A stretch of DNA of 64,000 nt from Phoronis australis (GCA_002633005.1 NMRA01000280.1:388080-452079), one strand, 5' to 3'. Positions 13,301 to 27,025 are shown, counted from the stretch's first letter. The notes: generated by a model not told the origin, from the sequence alone. Numbers and translations: made by a program.

Positions 13301-15869
13301 CTGACATCAGAGACGTTTATGTAACCACATATGCCTGTTCTCAGAATTGACTCGGCTGAAGTCGGATAAGGTCATCACTGCTGGGCTTTTCTAATTAACC
13401 AAGCTGTGCGGACAAGAACTGCCCTGTGCAACAGATTCACACAATGGTGTTATTTGTGTTGAAAAGCAGTTGTTTTAGTGTGAAACTATGTCTTTAATTT
13501 TATTCCGTAACGCTTTGTAACAAGGGCCGGTCACCAGGTGGCGAGACCATCCACGAGCTCACCAGCAAACGCGCCCCCAGTCCAGCCGCTAGGTAGCGAG
13601 ACCGTCTGGTCCACGAATCGCCAGACCTCAGAACCGTACGTCAAACAACAAAAAGCGGAAATCATTTCGCGAGTGCGCTCAAAGGGACAATTTACCATAA
13701 AGGAAAGTAAAATTGGTCGCTCAACATTGCTTTTGATGTCAGATAGTACAAGCTAATATCGGGCGTAATATTGAGGCTACATCAGTTTGTGGCCTGTTTG
13801 ACAAAGTTTGAGGTTTCTTCAGTGTATTTGGTTTAATTTTTTTATCAAAAACTATGTCTGGGCGATAAACTTTGTGGTGTTGTTTTGAAACTTTTCCCGA
13901 GGCACTCTGTATTCTGTGTTACCATGTCTAAAGTTGATCGATGATTGACAGGTCAGCACTGTAACCTGCATCGGCTATCACGAGCCCCGAGACAAAAAGT
14001 TAGGCCTTAGATGACGAAATCGGTTCACTGTCCTGCTGCAGTTTTCCATAGTTTGTAACCTACTCAAAAATCCGGTCCGTTTATACGGTAATCGTTATGT
14101 TGAAACAGAGATAAACAACGTACATAAAATAAAACCAAAAATGCCGCGGGTTCAGTGATGACGACGGCGGACAAGACTTTATGATGCCCAACTCGCAGAA
14201 GGACTAACAAACAAAATCGAAAAATGATCTTGACGTGCCCTTCAACTACTGACACTGCCGCGCTAGAACGTTTATCTTTCAAAGTTTATCCCTTTGCGTA
14301 TTCTTAAAAATCTGTTACCGGGATATTGGTCTGAAACGGGATGTATACAATCCAAGGATATTTGCCCGGGAAAACCCGTTCGCAATTCAGCATGCCTTTC
14401 ACGAATGTCATGGAACTGCCAATCGGTTAAACATAATTGGTAGCAATTTTTGACAAGAAATGACAAAAATCTGAAGTTAAATGTCAGACGGATCGTAAAT
14501 ATGAAAGTCGTGATAATTTCTTCCATACCAGGTCTTTCGATTTACCTCAGAACGGAAAAGTATCGTGTATGAACGCCGGCACTAACACCGCTGCCGCCTA
14601 CTAAACGTTCAACGGAATCTGCGTTTATCTCTGTTCTTGTTTTCGGCATACCTGTTATGAGATTTTGTTATTTCTCGTTAACTGGTTATTTTCAAAATTT
14701 TTGTGTTCATGTGCCATCAATGCGTCCACTTAGTTTTCTGCGTCTTATATCGACTGTTAAAGTTAGAATTGGCGACACCTCTGTTTTAAAACATATCGAC
14801 GAGTAACGTTGCTAAAATGAAAGCGGGACCAAACCGGTGAAGACAACCAAATCCATCCAATTGCTCACCTAGTGCGCCCAGGGTATTGATGAACGTCATT
14901 GTTATACTGAGACTGATCTCGCCCTCGACCAGAAATGTGTACATGTTGCTGCTGCCCCTTCCCGGGCTACACCCAATGGCCACATGAACAGCCCTAGAGC
15001 TAAGTCGGGACTGATGGGCAGGAGATACAACATCCCGTATGCGATCTGGAGAAGAACAATAATTAGTATATTACACATTACAGAATAGATCAACGACATG
15101 TTTGTTTTCAGGGTACAGTAAAGATAGACATACAACAACCATTTTTATAAAAGTTTACCAGAAATCCGTTTGATAGCTCAGCACATTCAAAAATTATTTT
15201 TATTAATTAACAATGTAGCACAAGGCAGTTTATTCGGATTGGTTGCCCAAGTGGTCCCAACATAGGGAGTGATGGACAACACTTTCCCTCCCCCCACACA
15301 CACAAACACAAACATACCGACTAAAAGAACTTACCGCTGGCATGAATCCGAACTGGCTGACGAATCCGATTAAAAGTGGCAAAGGCCTCTTAAGATACTT
15401 CTTAAGAAGATCTATATTCATTGCACAGCCACAGCCAATGGTGTTTAATACAACCAACACCGAAACACTGGCAGTAAAAACGTCGTCGATGGGGCTGCTT
15501 TGTCGGAGAACATTTATTCCATGGATTTGATCCACCTGCTTTGAGCCTGTGACGTTGCCATCTGGTGTGACTTTGAGGAGTGAAATGTTGAGAAACGTTT
15601 TTCCCAAAAAGTACCCACGGACTGCAAAAGTTATGTTGCACACATCGCAACTCGAGCCATTGCGGTCGATTGGCACCGATGACGGCTCTATAAACGTGAA
15701 AGCAAGTGGTATTAAACACTACACCATGTGCTTTGTATTCGAGTTTTCCTGTCATATACTCTGAAAGACCACATGCTCTTGTATAGGCACGCGATGCAAA
15801 ACAACTGTCCGATATTCATCCAAAAATGAAGAGAACAAAAGCACATAATTTGCACTTAACACCCATCAT
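10311..15869 (-). pseudogene. SLC10 family (ileal bile acid:Na+ cotransporter-like) gene, apparently pseudogenised; exons ~15869-15335, 15045-14869, 11048-10311
   Basis: SLC10 motifs IGFVSQFGFMPA, GCSPG.GSSN.YTFLVEG.ISLSITMT, GMMPLWL, IETAIQN with GT donors at 15334 and 14868. Lesions: TGA at 15818-15816, frameshift ~14983, exon 3 acceptor CTG instead of CAG (11051-11049), frameshifts ~10852-10865. Confidence 0.8.
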
Positions 15870-18800
15870 CGTTAGAAGTGCGAAATCTTAAACGACTGAG
15901 GGGAAAACGTATAGAAAGGTGTGATAGACTACAACGGTGTAGGAGAAGACTGTGAGTGAGCTCGAATCCGCAGAAGCTAGTCTAATGTTTAATACCACTT
16001 GGTTACACAAAAATTTGCTGACAACTTACACAAATCTATGAAAGGTGTGTGAACAGTTTAAATTTAGAGCAAGTGACCACCATTGGTCACTCAAACTGTC
16101 AATCAAACATAACTAACGTGTGATTGGTTCAGTGTATTGCAATTCCGTGGAAAAAGTTCATGAAAACGTCAACGATCTTCTCAAAACTATACCATTTTGC
16201 TCTCACCAACTTTAAAATTGAGACAGTTGTCATTATGTTCTGATAAGACTCTTGGTGGTTCTTCACTGCGACTGCCAATTGTCTATTTAAAGTGGAACTT
16301 GCTCGCTAATTTCATATCTCTGTGATTGCTTGGTCAACGATGTGAATAGGAAGTACGTTGAAAATTGCCAAATGTTTTTAAAAACGAATTATGTGTCGAA
16401 AATGATCCTCCTTAAATCCGACTCAACCGTGTCCAGTAAGTATCGTGACGTGATGTTGGGTAAAAACACTGCATGATGCTGGCTACGTGTGACCCCAATG
16501 AAAGTCATTAGTGCAAAAGTCACATATTTGCAGAATTTTTGTTTTCACATTTACAAGTTGTCGATGAACACACCTGCACTTTGTTCAGCGTAGATGATGT
16601 TCAAATAGCATTTAGTTCCTGCTAGTTAGGAGCATGCAAATACATCTTTAAAGTAATCGATTTGTGCTGGCTTGAGCATTTTCCTTCTATCTGCTTCATT
16701 TCAGAAAAAAAGTCATTTTATCGAATTTTAACTCGCAAGTCAAAAATGCGACGGTGCGTTCTCAGTATTTGCGTGAGGCAGATTACATGTGTGTTATCTA
16801 CTGTCTCAGGGTTGAACGTTAGGAAAGTCGATAGCGTCAATAGGTCACAATACAATTATGAAAATGTATGCAGGCCTATTTTTGTGTTAAAATAATATAC
16901 AAAATGTTCTTATTTTAGTGACATCCTTCCAAATTTATCAAAACAAAGGAAATGGTGAATTTAAAACAACAAAATAACATTGTTTGTACGATGCCTAATG
17001 CAATAGACAATACAAAACTGTGTGTTCAATACACTTAATTGGTCATTAACGAAGGGCTAAAATCTCACACCGTCTCTTATACACGAAGTTACTTTTCTTA
17101 AAAGATGTACTACTGACCCAAAACAGAAGCGACGTGTTGATCACAGATAAACGCTTGTATTCGTAACTCATTTCTGCCATTGCAGCCTGAAATGTTGCAA
17201 CTTAACCCCACTGTCATCTTAACCTGTTGGTTTTCCGTGATGGTAGTGACGTTTTCCTGAAACCACACCGAAAGGCTTGGCAGAGTCTCTTTGTTGTAGT
17301 AATTAGCCAGAGTGCATAAGTCTTTTGTGGCTGTTTAGCTGCTGATATCAATGTCAATATCTGTGCGAGCGATGCCAGTGAAGACAAGCGTGCCATCGAA
17401 ATGAACTTCAAAAACAACGGGGTGCAAAGGAACTCGTGTCGTAAGACAGAATGATTCCGTAAAACTGTCGATCAACAAAATGACGTCTTTTATGACTACT
17501 TAAGAGCAATAAAAATATGGAGTAACTGTATTTATTATGAGCAGGTTTGTCAATTGCCTGGCAATAATAAACTTGGCAAACCCATTCAGACTCAACTTTG
17601 TGTGTGTTCACCAAGTGCGCGATTTTGAATGGTTTTGGAACAAAAACAGTGAAAAAACTCTATCATGAAGAAAGTTGCCTCAGATTATCAACCATTGGTT
17701 GAAGACTTCGAAGTGCATCCCAGACCTTGAATGACATAGGTCTCCAATTGTTTAATAATTTAGTGGACAAAAACGTAACTTTGAGCATTAAGATAAAGAA
17801 GCTAGAGTGTGAGTTAAAATGTCCTTAGTTCGGGTTTCACTCAATGTTCTAAAAACATAAGATTTTATAATTGGTTCCGACGACTCTGGTCTGTATACGA
17901 TATTGTCTCCTTTTCTGGGACTTTTGTTTCTCTGTGGCGCACCTTTTTGCCCACTTCGCCAAATTAATGGGGGGGGGGGGGCTCGGGGGGCGAGCCCCAT
18001 TTTGGGATTCGAATTGTATGGGACAGACTTCTTGAAGTTACTAGCTTGAGCAGAGCGAAAACAACAAAATAAACAGTTGTGCTTTCCTGACTTACTAGAA
18101 ATCACCGCCGTTGTATGCCAGATGTTCGCTGAAATCAAGGCCGATGAAGTTACCCATTAAATTCTTTTAATACCTTGTCATTTATGGAATGGAGTTAAGC
18201 TCCGACTACAAAGCGCCGGGCTCATTTGCGACTGTGGCGGCTGTGAGTTCCGATTTCGAGTTGGGGTTGATCTCAGAAAACCACTTTCTCGCCGACAACT
18301 TGATGTCACTTTAAATACTTCTTTCTTGAAATCCATTTAGTACCCGACTAGTCTTTCGGAGATCCTGGATTCGTTTCCTGCTAAATCGGGACAGGCGAAA
18401 TTTGTCAGACTGGCAACCAAAGCCGATATGTAATTAGCAAAAAATACAATGCTTTCCATAAATAATTTTTATCCACTGGAAACTTTTGCTCTGTAAACAA
18501 ATATGTCATCGAGTAATATTCACTGTACTACTTTTCTTGCATGACTGGACTCAATCCGGCCATGGTCTTGACACCTTACTGGTCAAAATGCCCGGCTGCT
18601 GGTCAGAAGATCCGGCTGAGTGCTATTCCTAGATCGGTACAAGCAACTTTAACTGTAGTGATAAACGTAAAGGTATGCATATGCCTGAATCACAGCGTAT
18701 CATCTTCAATACAGATTTTATAAAATACAATGAAAGCGCCTAATATGGGACCCATCTTTTGTTTTGATTTACTAGTGTATTTTAATTTGACGCCGTGTCC

Positions 18801-19971
18801 ATTGTCTTTGATCCTTCCAGCAAGGGAACATCTATTTACTCAATTTTTCACCCCAACTAATTATCCCCGACCTACTTTTTTCGTACCAGTAAGTTCTCCG
18901 CGCTTTCCCGTTCCGCGTTTACATGTCCCCCTTTTCAATTATTGTTTATTTGTAGTTCCTTTTCATTCTCTCTGCTGGTTCTCCAATTAGCGCGTTCCCT
19001 AATTGTTACGCGTTGTGTTGCTTACAGTTGGCGGTTTTCGCCCACCTCTTCGCATTATATTTCTTTGCACCTCATATATCTATGTCAGCTGCCGTTATTA
19101 ATAAACGACATTTACCCAACCTTCCTTGCGGCTTCCTTTATTGCAAACTAGCTTCAAATCTCACTATATGTAAATGTGAACGACATCATTACAGACACAA
19201 CAACTTGACACTTTTTGCGGTGGCGCCGGGTTTTACACTAAACCCAAATTATTCTAGAATATCGATGCTCACGGAACATCTGATACTCAACGCCAGAAAT
19301 TTGTAACATGCACTACTGCGCATGCGCTAAATCTTGCCAGCAGCCCTCCATAAGAAATACACAAGAGCAGGCAAAAATCAGGAATTTATAAGCAAGGGGA
19401 GATAACTACACAATTTGCCGATAGCCTGCCACATACAGTGTATGTTAAGACATGTTACCGCCAAATATCAGCGCCAATGGTGAAAATTTTTCCACGTCTC
19501 TTGAAGTTTGAAGGTTTCCCCGTTCAGGCCTATGTTAACGATCGTCCGGAAGCCACTATTTGAGCGCATAGCTCATTTTGAAGTCAAGTTTGTGGCTGAA
19601 TTCCTTTTGCCATCGGATTTGCCGATAGCCTAGGTGACTACCAGGAGTACTCAGAGGTTGCTGATCCAAATTTCATGTTGTTTCTTGAAAATTTTTCCAC
19701 GTCTCTTGTGTTCAGAAAATGGATCGGCGTACAGTGCTGTCAGTGAGATGAAATGTTGCCGATCGCCTGGCTGTCGACTCTTTGCAATGGAATTTGCACT
19801 CTGTAGATGAGAGATTAGCGTAGAATCGGTAAGAAACTGATTTGTTCATTTTCTCATCCGGTATGAGTTCAGAAATACTTTCGAAGTCGGATTTTGTACA
19901 GTCATTATGCAAGTTTCGCCTGTGAGTAGGCCTATATAGTTGATATACTAGTAATCTTCAAAATGTTATTT

Positions 19972-20205
19972 NNNNNNNNNNNNNNNNNNNNNNNNNNNNN
20001 NNNNNNNNNNNNNNNNNNNNNNNNNNNNNNNNNNNNNNNNNNNNNNNNNNNNNNNNNNNNNNNNNNNNNNNNNNNNNNNNNNNNNNNNNNNNNNNNNNNN
20101 NNNNNNNNNNNNNNNNNNNNNNNNNNNNNNNNNNNNNNNNNNNNNNNNNNNNNNNNNNNNNNNNNNNNNNNNNNNNNNNNNNNNNNNNNNNNNNNNNNNN
20201 NNNNN
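19972..20205. other. Assembly gap (N run)
   Basis: Run of n, flanked on the right by a (GT)n microsatellite. Confidence 0.98.
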
Positions 20206-20640
20206 GTGTGCGTGTGTGTGTGTGTGTGTGCATGAGTAATGTGTCTGTGTAACAACCCAGACTGTATATTGTTATTCGTGATGGAGAATGTGCTTAAATC
20301 ATAGTAAATGAGCATCTAAGAACTTTTTCCTGTAATATCTTGAAAGTCCAGTAGGTGTAACAGTGATTTGCTGTGATTTTTTTGTAATATGGAGCCTTGA
20401 ATGCATACAGGATTGTTATTGCGAGATGCAACAATACAATTTTCTAAGAGACCTGGTGAACGAAATTTTAATTGTTCTGTTGTTTTGGTTTTGATAGCAA
20501 ATGAAATTGTTTTAAATAGTAATGTGGAAGTTGTTTGTGTGGAAACTTGCAATAAATTTTCAAGCAGGAAGAGTTCCTTCAAGCACATGTTTGCCGTATG
20601 GACAAACTAGTGCGAATTCAATTTTTGTTAAAGCTAATTT
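20206..20640 (-). repeat. Dispersed repeat, probable decayed LINE 3' end with (CA)n tail; related copy at 42330-42860
   Basis: Shares atgagtaatgtgtct, gtgcttaaatcatagtaaa, ctggtgaacgaaattttaattgttctgttgttttgg and tatggacaaa with 42330-42860. Confidence 0.65.
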
Positions 20641-21009
20641 CTGAAGGAGATGTATTAAATAGGCCATATTTTGACACCAAAAATTATGTGAGTATAGATC
20701 AATTAGTAAGCTAGTAAATGAGGCAATGTGATGGGAACGCCATTAGAGAGAGTAAAATGCCTACTTCGATTTCCATTTTCAATGTAGACGTTATCGTGTA
20801 TTGGACACCTTCGACAGTTTGTCTATGATACAGAAATGAGGCAATGCTACGAACATTGTGGGACTAACGTAACCACATATCTGTTTAACTTTCGGCACAC
20901 GCTGTATCCTTCAAATTTAAAAGCACTCGCCTCAAGAGGTCGCTGAGACATGGTAACTCTTTTTTGCGAAGACGCAAAATGATATCTCCAAGGTCCCGGA
21001 TTAAACAAC

Positions 21010-23784
21010 ATGAGTTCTCCAGAAAGTGGATTGTATTTTGAAGCAGAAGAAGCTGTAAAAGAATGTGCTTTTGCAGTAGACTTTGTGGAGTTATCGAAAA
21101 AATTGATGCACACACCCCAAGCTGTCTTTATCAACATGAAGACAAAAGAAAAGATTTGTTATTGCGTCGAACTTTCATCAAATGGATTCAAGGTTAGATA
21201 ATATAGATTAGATTACACGCTGAGAACAGTTCAACAACAATACCGCACTCGTACAGTAGAATTGACTAGAACTCCTAAGTACACAACTCCAGAACACAGT
21301 TCGCCAGCCATTTAGTTTTATATTTGCTACTGTAAGATGTGGGTTAAAAACTGAGGAAATACCAAAGCCAAGTTCATTCTTTCTGAGGTCAACTCAACAG
21401 GGTCGCGTCAAGGCCAGGGCCTCTCCATTTACTGTAGACAGTGACCACCTTCTCTACTTAAACTACAGGCGGTGGAGCTCCTATAGGTGCTTCATACGGT
21501 GAATTATGCCTCATACTGATTAAAACACCAAAATCACGTTGTTATAAATACCTTTTGCATTAAAGGGACACCATAGGTTAGGAGGCCGTCGATGTTTTTA
21601 ATTCCTGCCAACTTCAACAAATACTCCTGTTCTCAAACTTTTTCTTCAAGAAATCCGTCGTTCAGTTCCTAAAATTGGCAACTTGTCATTTTTACTCCAC
21701 TCATGCCAGGGGATATGACGTCATACCACCTGCCACACGCAGTCGACTTGTAGTCAAGAATTAAGAATGAAGAATCTTTATTTAATGTCATTCGGAGAAC
21801 ACGTGTCAGTTATTTGCACACCCTGATATCTCCTCTTATGTGACTGGGGAACAACTTGAATCCAATTTCATAATGTTGAAGAGGAGGAATTTTAATTCAT
21901 CACTTTTCAGTGAATGAATCATGAATTAGTTGAAAAAAATGGAATGTCAGTTCTTGCAATGTCTCTGACGCACTTCTATGTTATAGCTGTTCTAAGTGAG
22001 ACACTTTCTTCTGATAAATATGTGAAGGAGTAACATTTTAAATTAAACTAAAGTGAAACCAACTTGTGTAATGTGTTGTGTACTGAAGAGAGAACAGTGT
22101 AGTGAAGAATTGGCGATATAAAGAAATTAACCAGTAAGTTGTGCCCAATATCATGGTGCTCAAAGATGATGCTGAGGATCGCGCTACAAATTACTTGGTG
22201 ATAGTCAATTATGCAGTTCCTACATTTTTTTTGAGCAGCATTTTTCTCCACTGAATAACGGGCATCAAACTGCTACTCAAAATTTGGGACCAGAAAATGG
22301 TTTTGTTTACTCAGGGCAGAGTTATGTAAATTTTATGGTATTCAGTTTTGTTAGACTTAAGTTCACTCACTTTTTACTGATGTCTATTCAAACCTTTGTA
22401 TCTGTATTGATCAGCTTCATATCAAGGCTACGTCTCAGTTTGACTGGTCCTCCAGTAGGATGTTTTAGTAGGGAAGTGCTGTCGTCTCCAGTGGATAGTT
22501 TGCTTGGGTGTGCATTTTGGCATTGTAGCTTTGCCATATTGTCTCTAATGGTTTTGTGGTGACTGGAGAAACTAGCGTAACTGCAGTGAAAGTGGTAATG
22601 TTTTGCATTCAGTTTTTGTCCATTATCTATTTTCCCAGGTTCTAAGGTATTGCATTGGGTATCAACTTCACCTATTATTTGTAAGAGAACATCCGCTTTG
22701 AGCTGGTCCCCTGTCTGTGTTGCCACCCTCGTCGCTCGCTCACAGATGGGATGCTGCCTTACATTTACAAGTTCGCCCCTTTTTATTGTGAGCTCTGATA
22801 AAGAGGTTGTTTTAACTCGTGTATATGACACTCTTGGGAGAGTTTAAAACATAGATTGCCTTCGGGCGATTCACTCTATACACTTAGTGATTTTGGTAGT
22901 CATGGTGTACTTGTTTCAAAAGCTTCTGATGTACAAGGCTAGTTGAACCTTAGGTATGGGTGTTTGCTAGTATTGAAATGATTGTAAACTGCCATAAGTT
23001 GCATAAACTAACTTAGGAACATTATGGAATCAGTCTCAAAGTGTTCTTTAGTCAAATTAGCGGTGATTTCCAGGTTATGAAAAACTTACTACATCATTGC
23101 TTGAGACCTGACTCCGCATGTTGGCTTGTCACTTGGTTCATTTTATGCACAGAGCATTGTCCAAAGTGTTACTTAACTGTCAGTTTTTAAATTGATTAAA
23201 TCTGTTTTCTGTCCTAGTCCACGAACTACTTTTCACCTGAGTGAGGAATAATGCGGGATCAGTTAATTATACAGGTGTTGATAATCTGCGATGGAAAATT
23301 ATTTTCAGTGATGGAATTACATTTTATAGCTATGTTAACAAGGATTTGAACTTAGTGTCAATGACCATGTCTATGGAGTTAGAAAATTTTTTACATTCTA
23401 CTATTTTAATATTTGATTTTGTGTTTGATATGACAATGTGTAATAATTATTGCAATTAATATAGTGAAGTGTTTCTTATTCAACTTTTACATACAATCTC
23501 AACTTTTAGGTCCAAAAAAGGCAAAGTGAATAATGTCACCTTGCAACTCGGCATGTAAATTTTTGAAAATCATTTGCATAGTGCAAAGAAACTGAAGCTA
23601 TGGTTTTTTCATCTTCTACTTCCAGATTGTGGGCCAGACCTTTGATCATGTTACAAGTCGTGATTCGCCATGCTACGAGACCTTAGGAAGTCTGTTGAAT
23701 CAAGTCAGCCCGCTGTATGTAGAGCTGTTTGGTAATGCTCTAGTAGACAAACTGTCACAGTTGAAACAAGATAGTCCGGGATGA
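21010..23784 (+). CDS. GSKIP: GSK3-beta interaction protein (DUF727), 113 aa; exons 21010-21192 and 23626-23784
   Basis: EAEEAVKECAFAV...FINMKTKE..YCVELSSNGFK|IVGQTFDH....YETLGSLLNQVSPLYVELFGNALVDKLSQLK matches the GSKIP signature; phase-0 intron AAG|gttaga...ttccag|ATT; 342 nt in frame. Confidence 0.92.
21987..23020 (-). mobile_element. Degraded DNA-transposon-like insertion in the GSKIP intron, carrying ORF remnant 22388-22831
   Basis: Imperfect inverted ends (gttctaagtgag / ctaacttaggaac); ORF has a YH.HC-like segment reminiscent of invertebrate transposon-derived ORFs; family not identifiable. Confidence 0.3.
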
Positions 23785-25089
23785 GGAGTGCTGCTGAACA
23801 TGTTTTTTCTGTTTTGTTGAGTTTTACGCTGGAGAGTGTTCCTTAGACCTATTTTCTTGCGAGAAAAGCTAGACTGCAAAGTCACATGTGTGAATGGCAG
23901 TTTGCGTGTATACTCAGGAGCTTAGTTAAACCTATCCTTGCAAAATGACAGCCACTGATTGGTTGGAGAGGTTAGAATGTTGAATTATGGGATTGAATTC
24001 AGTATTTCTTCACCACATGTGCAAGCTAATTTTCTTGTAGTCAACAGAACTCAACCCGGGACAGCAACAGTTGAGTTAAAGAGGCATCGACCGCGAGAGC
24101 TCGTCAGAAATATCTTTTAAACAATTCCTGATGAAAGTACCTTCTCGCAACTTCAACTACAGGGTTATTCACTTTCCCCTGTGAGGGTATTTCCAGAAAA
24201 AAATTACAATATTCCCGATTTTTGAAATACAGGCGAACGAAAAAGTCTTTAGTCACTGCAGAGTTACTAATCTCCTTCCCACTTATGATAAATGTGCACA
24301 TCTGCTCACAAACAGCTGACTGACAAGATGGATTGTAACGACAAATTATGTGTGACTGCATTAAAGTTGAGGTGACAGCACAGCATAAGGCAAGCCAGTG
24401 AAGCAATTTTCCAAAAATCATTCCAAGTGCATTTTAGAATATAGGAATGCTACGATATCCTTCTAACTAATTTTAAACAGTCAGGAGTTATATCAATTGC
24501 CACTTAATTGCACTGGCTGTTGCTTGAAGTTTTCTTCACATCAAAGGGCAAAGGTCACACTTCCCATATAAGGAAATGTGTTACCTCCATGTCTTGCCAT
24601 ACCAAATAAAGAGAGGTGCTGTACCTTGTGGGAGAAAAATCCATGAAGTGATGAGCAGACAGGTTGTTTTTTGAAATTTGAAACTATATAACAAAAATGC
24701 TTTGACATCAACAGAAATTCAAAATCTTTACAAACAAACTGTAAAAATACCTGGTGAGCAGGTTGAATTCTTTTTCAGTGAGAGTGAACCACTTTCAATA
24801 TTGCAATTTAGTCTGTTTTACAGGGTCCAGGCCTCTTTAAACATGGATATGATGTCATTTAATAAACCTATGTAGCAGGGGGAAAGGTTCTTTAAAGTTT
24901 TACATAACCTGTGGTACATGACAATGATTTGGTGTGATGTTCAACTCAAGACTGCAGACTTCAGTGTCTTGAGAAACTTGTGCATGTTCTGGAATTTGAA
25001 AATAAATTCATGTGCAGAAGCAGCAAAGTTTTGTTCCAGTCTGGAATTAGTATCCTAGGTGTCTCTGAAGAGTAATTCTTTATTCCATT

Positions 25090-25345
25090 AGTTTGCACAA
25101 ACATAGTTGCCAAAATTTTATATTTTTCAACACCTGATTGAAATCTTGCTGCATACAACGGAAAATGTACCAAATGTTGTTATATGATGTATACACAACA
25201 CAAATCTGATATTCTATATTTTCTTAATATGTATGTTTCCGAGAAATTTGATAAAATTTCCCTTCATAATGTAGGTGAAAATTTATCATATTTTGTTGAA
25301 AAGCTAGGTTCTGATGGTTTTGGAAGTGTTTTTCATTATGACCAA
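25090..25345. repeat. Dispersed repeat also present at ~42980-43250
   Basis: Shared ttgcacaaa..ttgccaaa.ttttatattttt, gaaatcttgctg, aacggaaaat, ttcttaatatgtat, ttctgatggttttg. Confidence 0.7.
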
Positions 25346-25507
25346 AATTAGTGTCTTTCAAGGTGAACGATAAATAGTTAAGGCATATTCCGAAAAGGAC
25401 AGGGAAAAATGTTTTTAGTTTATCTTCATCAGGATTCGTGTGAAAATTACATACAATAATTGGTTGCCATTTTGATGTGCTCAACAAACTTGTGCATGTA
25501 GTGGAAT

Positions 25508-27025
25508 TTATTTTGATATTGTAGATGCACACAACTTTGTTTTCATTTTCTGGCGAATACCTGGACATAAAGTGAAAATAAGTGCATCAATACATGGTAT
25601 CAAATATACTGACAGCCATGACAGCTGTTTTGTCATTAATGACGGTTGATTTGTCACATGGTGGAGATCGACTCTCATGATGTACTGAGGAAACCGGAAG
25701 AGAGCGTGCAGGAGCGTTAGCATCACGCAGACAATCATGGCGCCTCGATTAGTCCACACTGTTTCAGTAATATGAATTGCTATAGCGATTTTAGACCTTG
25801 TTTTGACTTCTGTATACATTGACTGTTGAGCAGAAAGAGAATTAATCGCTGGCTTTGCCGCCGTATGTCCAGATAGTGTTGCTATGCAGGCAGTTTCTAC
25901 TTTCATGGAAAAGTTGCATTCCCGGCTCTTTGAATCTGTGTTAAGTGTAGGTTTGGAGAAATCAGCGTTGCTACGTTCTAAACTCGGTTGAGTGGTCAAG
26001 TCGTTTGGCTTTGGAGTGTGTATTTCAACTCTTGCCATTGCTGTTTTTTCGTCAATTTTTGTTTGGTTGTTGTAATTTGGTAACGCTGGCATATTATTGC
26101 TGTCACTGTCCAGCTGTCCAGAGGATGATGTGGTTTGCCTTTGTTCAATGTTGCCTCCCGTCGCTTCCAGTTGCCCGCTCCTATTTGTCTCAGTAGACAT
26201 CGGTACAGCTATTATGTGCTTAATGGGCGTTCCGTTACTGTCCAAGTTGTCGTTCACCACACTCAACAAGGAGCTCGTCAGTATTCTGTCACTATCGTGA
26301 ACAAACACAAAGCCACGATGACCAATGCCGGCATGTAAGGCACTTCTTTTGACTGACACGGCAGTCCTGTGCGGTAGCACCGCGTAGATACAAGCCACGA
26401 TGGATAGCAGCATTATTATGGTGGAGGCCACTATCTCTAAAATCTGAATCGCTCCGTTCGCGGCTATGTAATCTTTATGTATTCCACAGTGATTGAATAC
26501 TTGACCAGAGCCAAAATTCACGGTGCTACTTGCTGTTCTAGTTAACAGCGTTAATCTGATGGCGTAGAGCGAAGAGACAATCCACATTGCTATAATAATG
26601 CGTTTGCAGCATGTTGCGGTAGTCATGAATGTATTGGAGTTTCTTGCGTTGCGTGCAAACGTCAGAGCCGCAGCTGCAATGGACATTAAGTGTATGCAAT
26701 CGACGAGGGAGTTGAACGATTCAGTCAACGAGCAGGTGGCTGGTGTTGTCACGAAGACGGAAACGACACCTAGTGTGAGGACTACATGAGAAAGCAGGAG
26801 ATTAGAGCAAGTCAGTGACGTGATGTACCAATCTAGTGTCCCGTAGATGTAGACGTTTTCTTGTTTCCGTGGAGTCACAACGTAAAGAATTAGCCAGTTG
26901 AGAATTAAACTCCATATTATACATGCTATGTAATACGTTACAATGCACGCCATTCCAGTTGTAGAAAGAAGCGCTGACCACTCAAACACTGCAACGGTTT
27001 CATTTGCAGTACTGTTACTCGACAT
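25508..27025 (-). CDS. Orphan, divergent rhodopsin-like 7TM receptor (505 aa, intronless) with very long third intracellular loop
   Basis: N-terminal sequons NST/NET, seven hydrophobic segments, TM1 Asn (LILNWLILYVV), TM2 SLTCSNLL, Cys atop TM3 and in ECL2, TM4 Trp, TM6 FP, TM7 IDALIF then helix-8-like PGIRQKMK; no DRY motif. Confidence 0.75.
   Translation of the reverse strand: MSSNSTANETVAVFEWSALLSTTGMACIVTYYIACIIWSLILNWLILYVVTPRKQENVYIYGTLDWYITSLTCSNLLLSHVVLTLGVVSVFVTTPATCSLTESFNSLVDCIHLMSIAAAALTFARNARNSNTFMTTATCCKRIIIAMWIVSSLYAIRLTLLTRTASSTVNFGSGQVFNHCGIHKDYIAANGAIQILEIVASTIIMLLSIVACIYAVLPHRTAVSVKRSALHAGIGHRGFVFVHDSDRILTSSLLSVVNDNLDSNGTPIKHIIAVPMSTETNRSGQLEATGGNIEQRQTTSSSGQLDSDSNNMPALPNYNNQTKIDEKTAMARVEIHTPKPNDLTTQPSLERSNADFSKPTLNTDSKSRECNFSMKVETACIATLSGHTAAKPAINSLSAQQSMYTEVKTRSKIAIAIHITETVWTNRGAMIVCVMLTLLHALFRFPQYIMRVDLHHVTNQPSLMTKQLSWLSVYLIPCIDALIFTLCPGIRQKMKTKLCASTISK

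Noticed and set aside
19932-20315. ORFs spanning the N run
   Set aside because: Artefacts of unknown bases.
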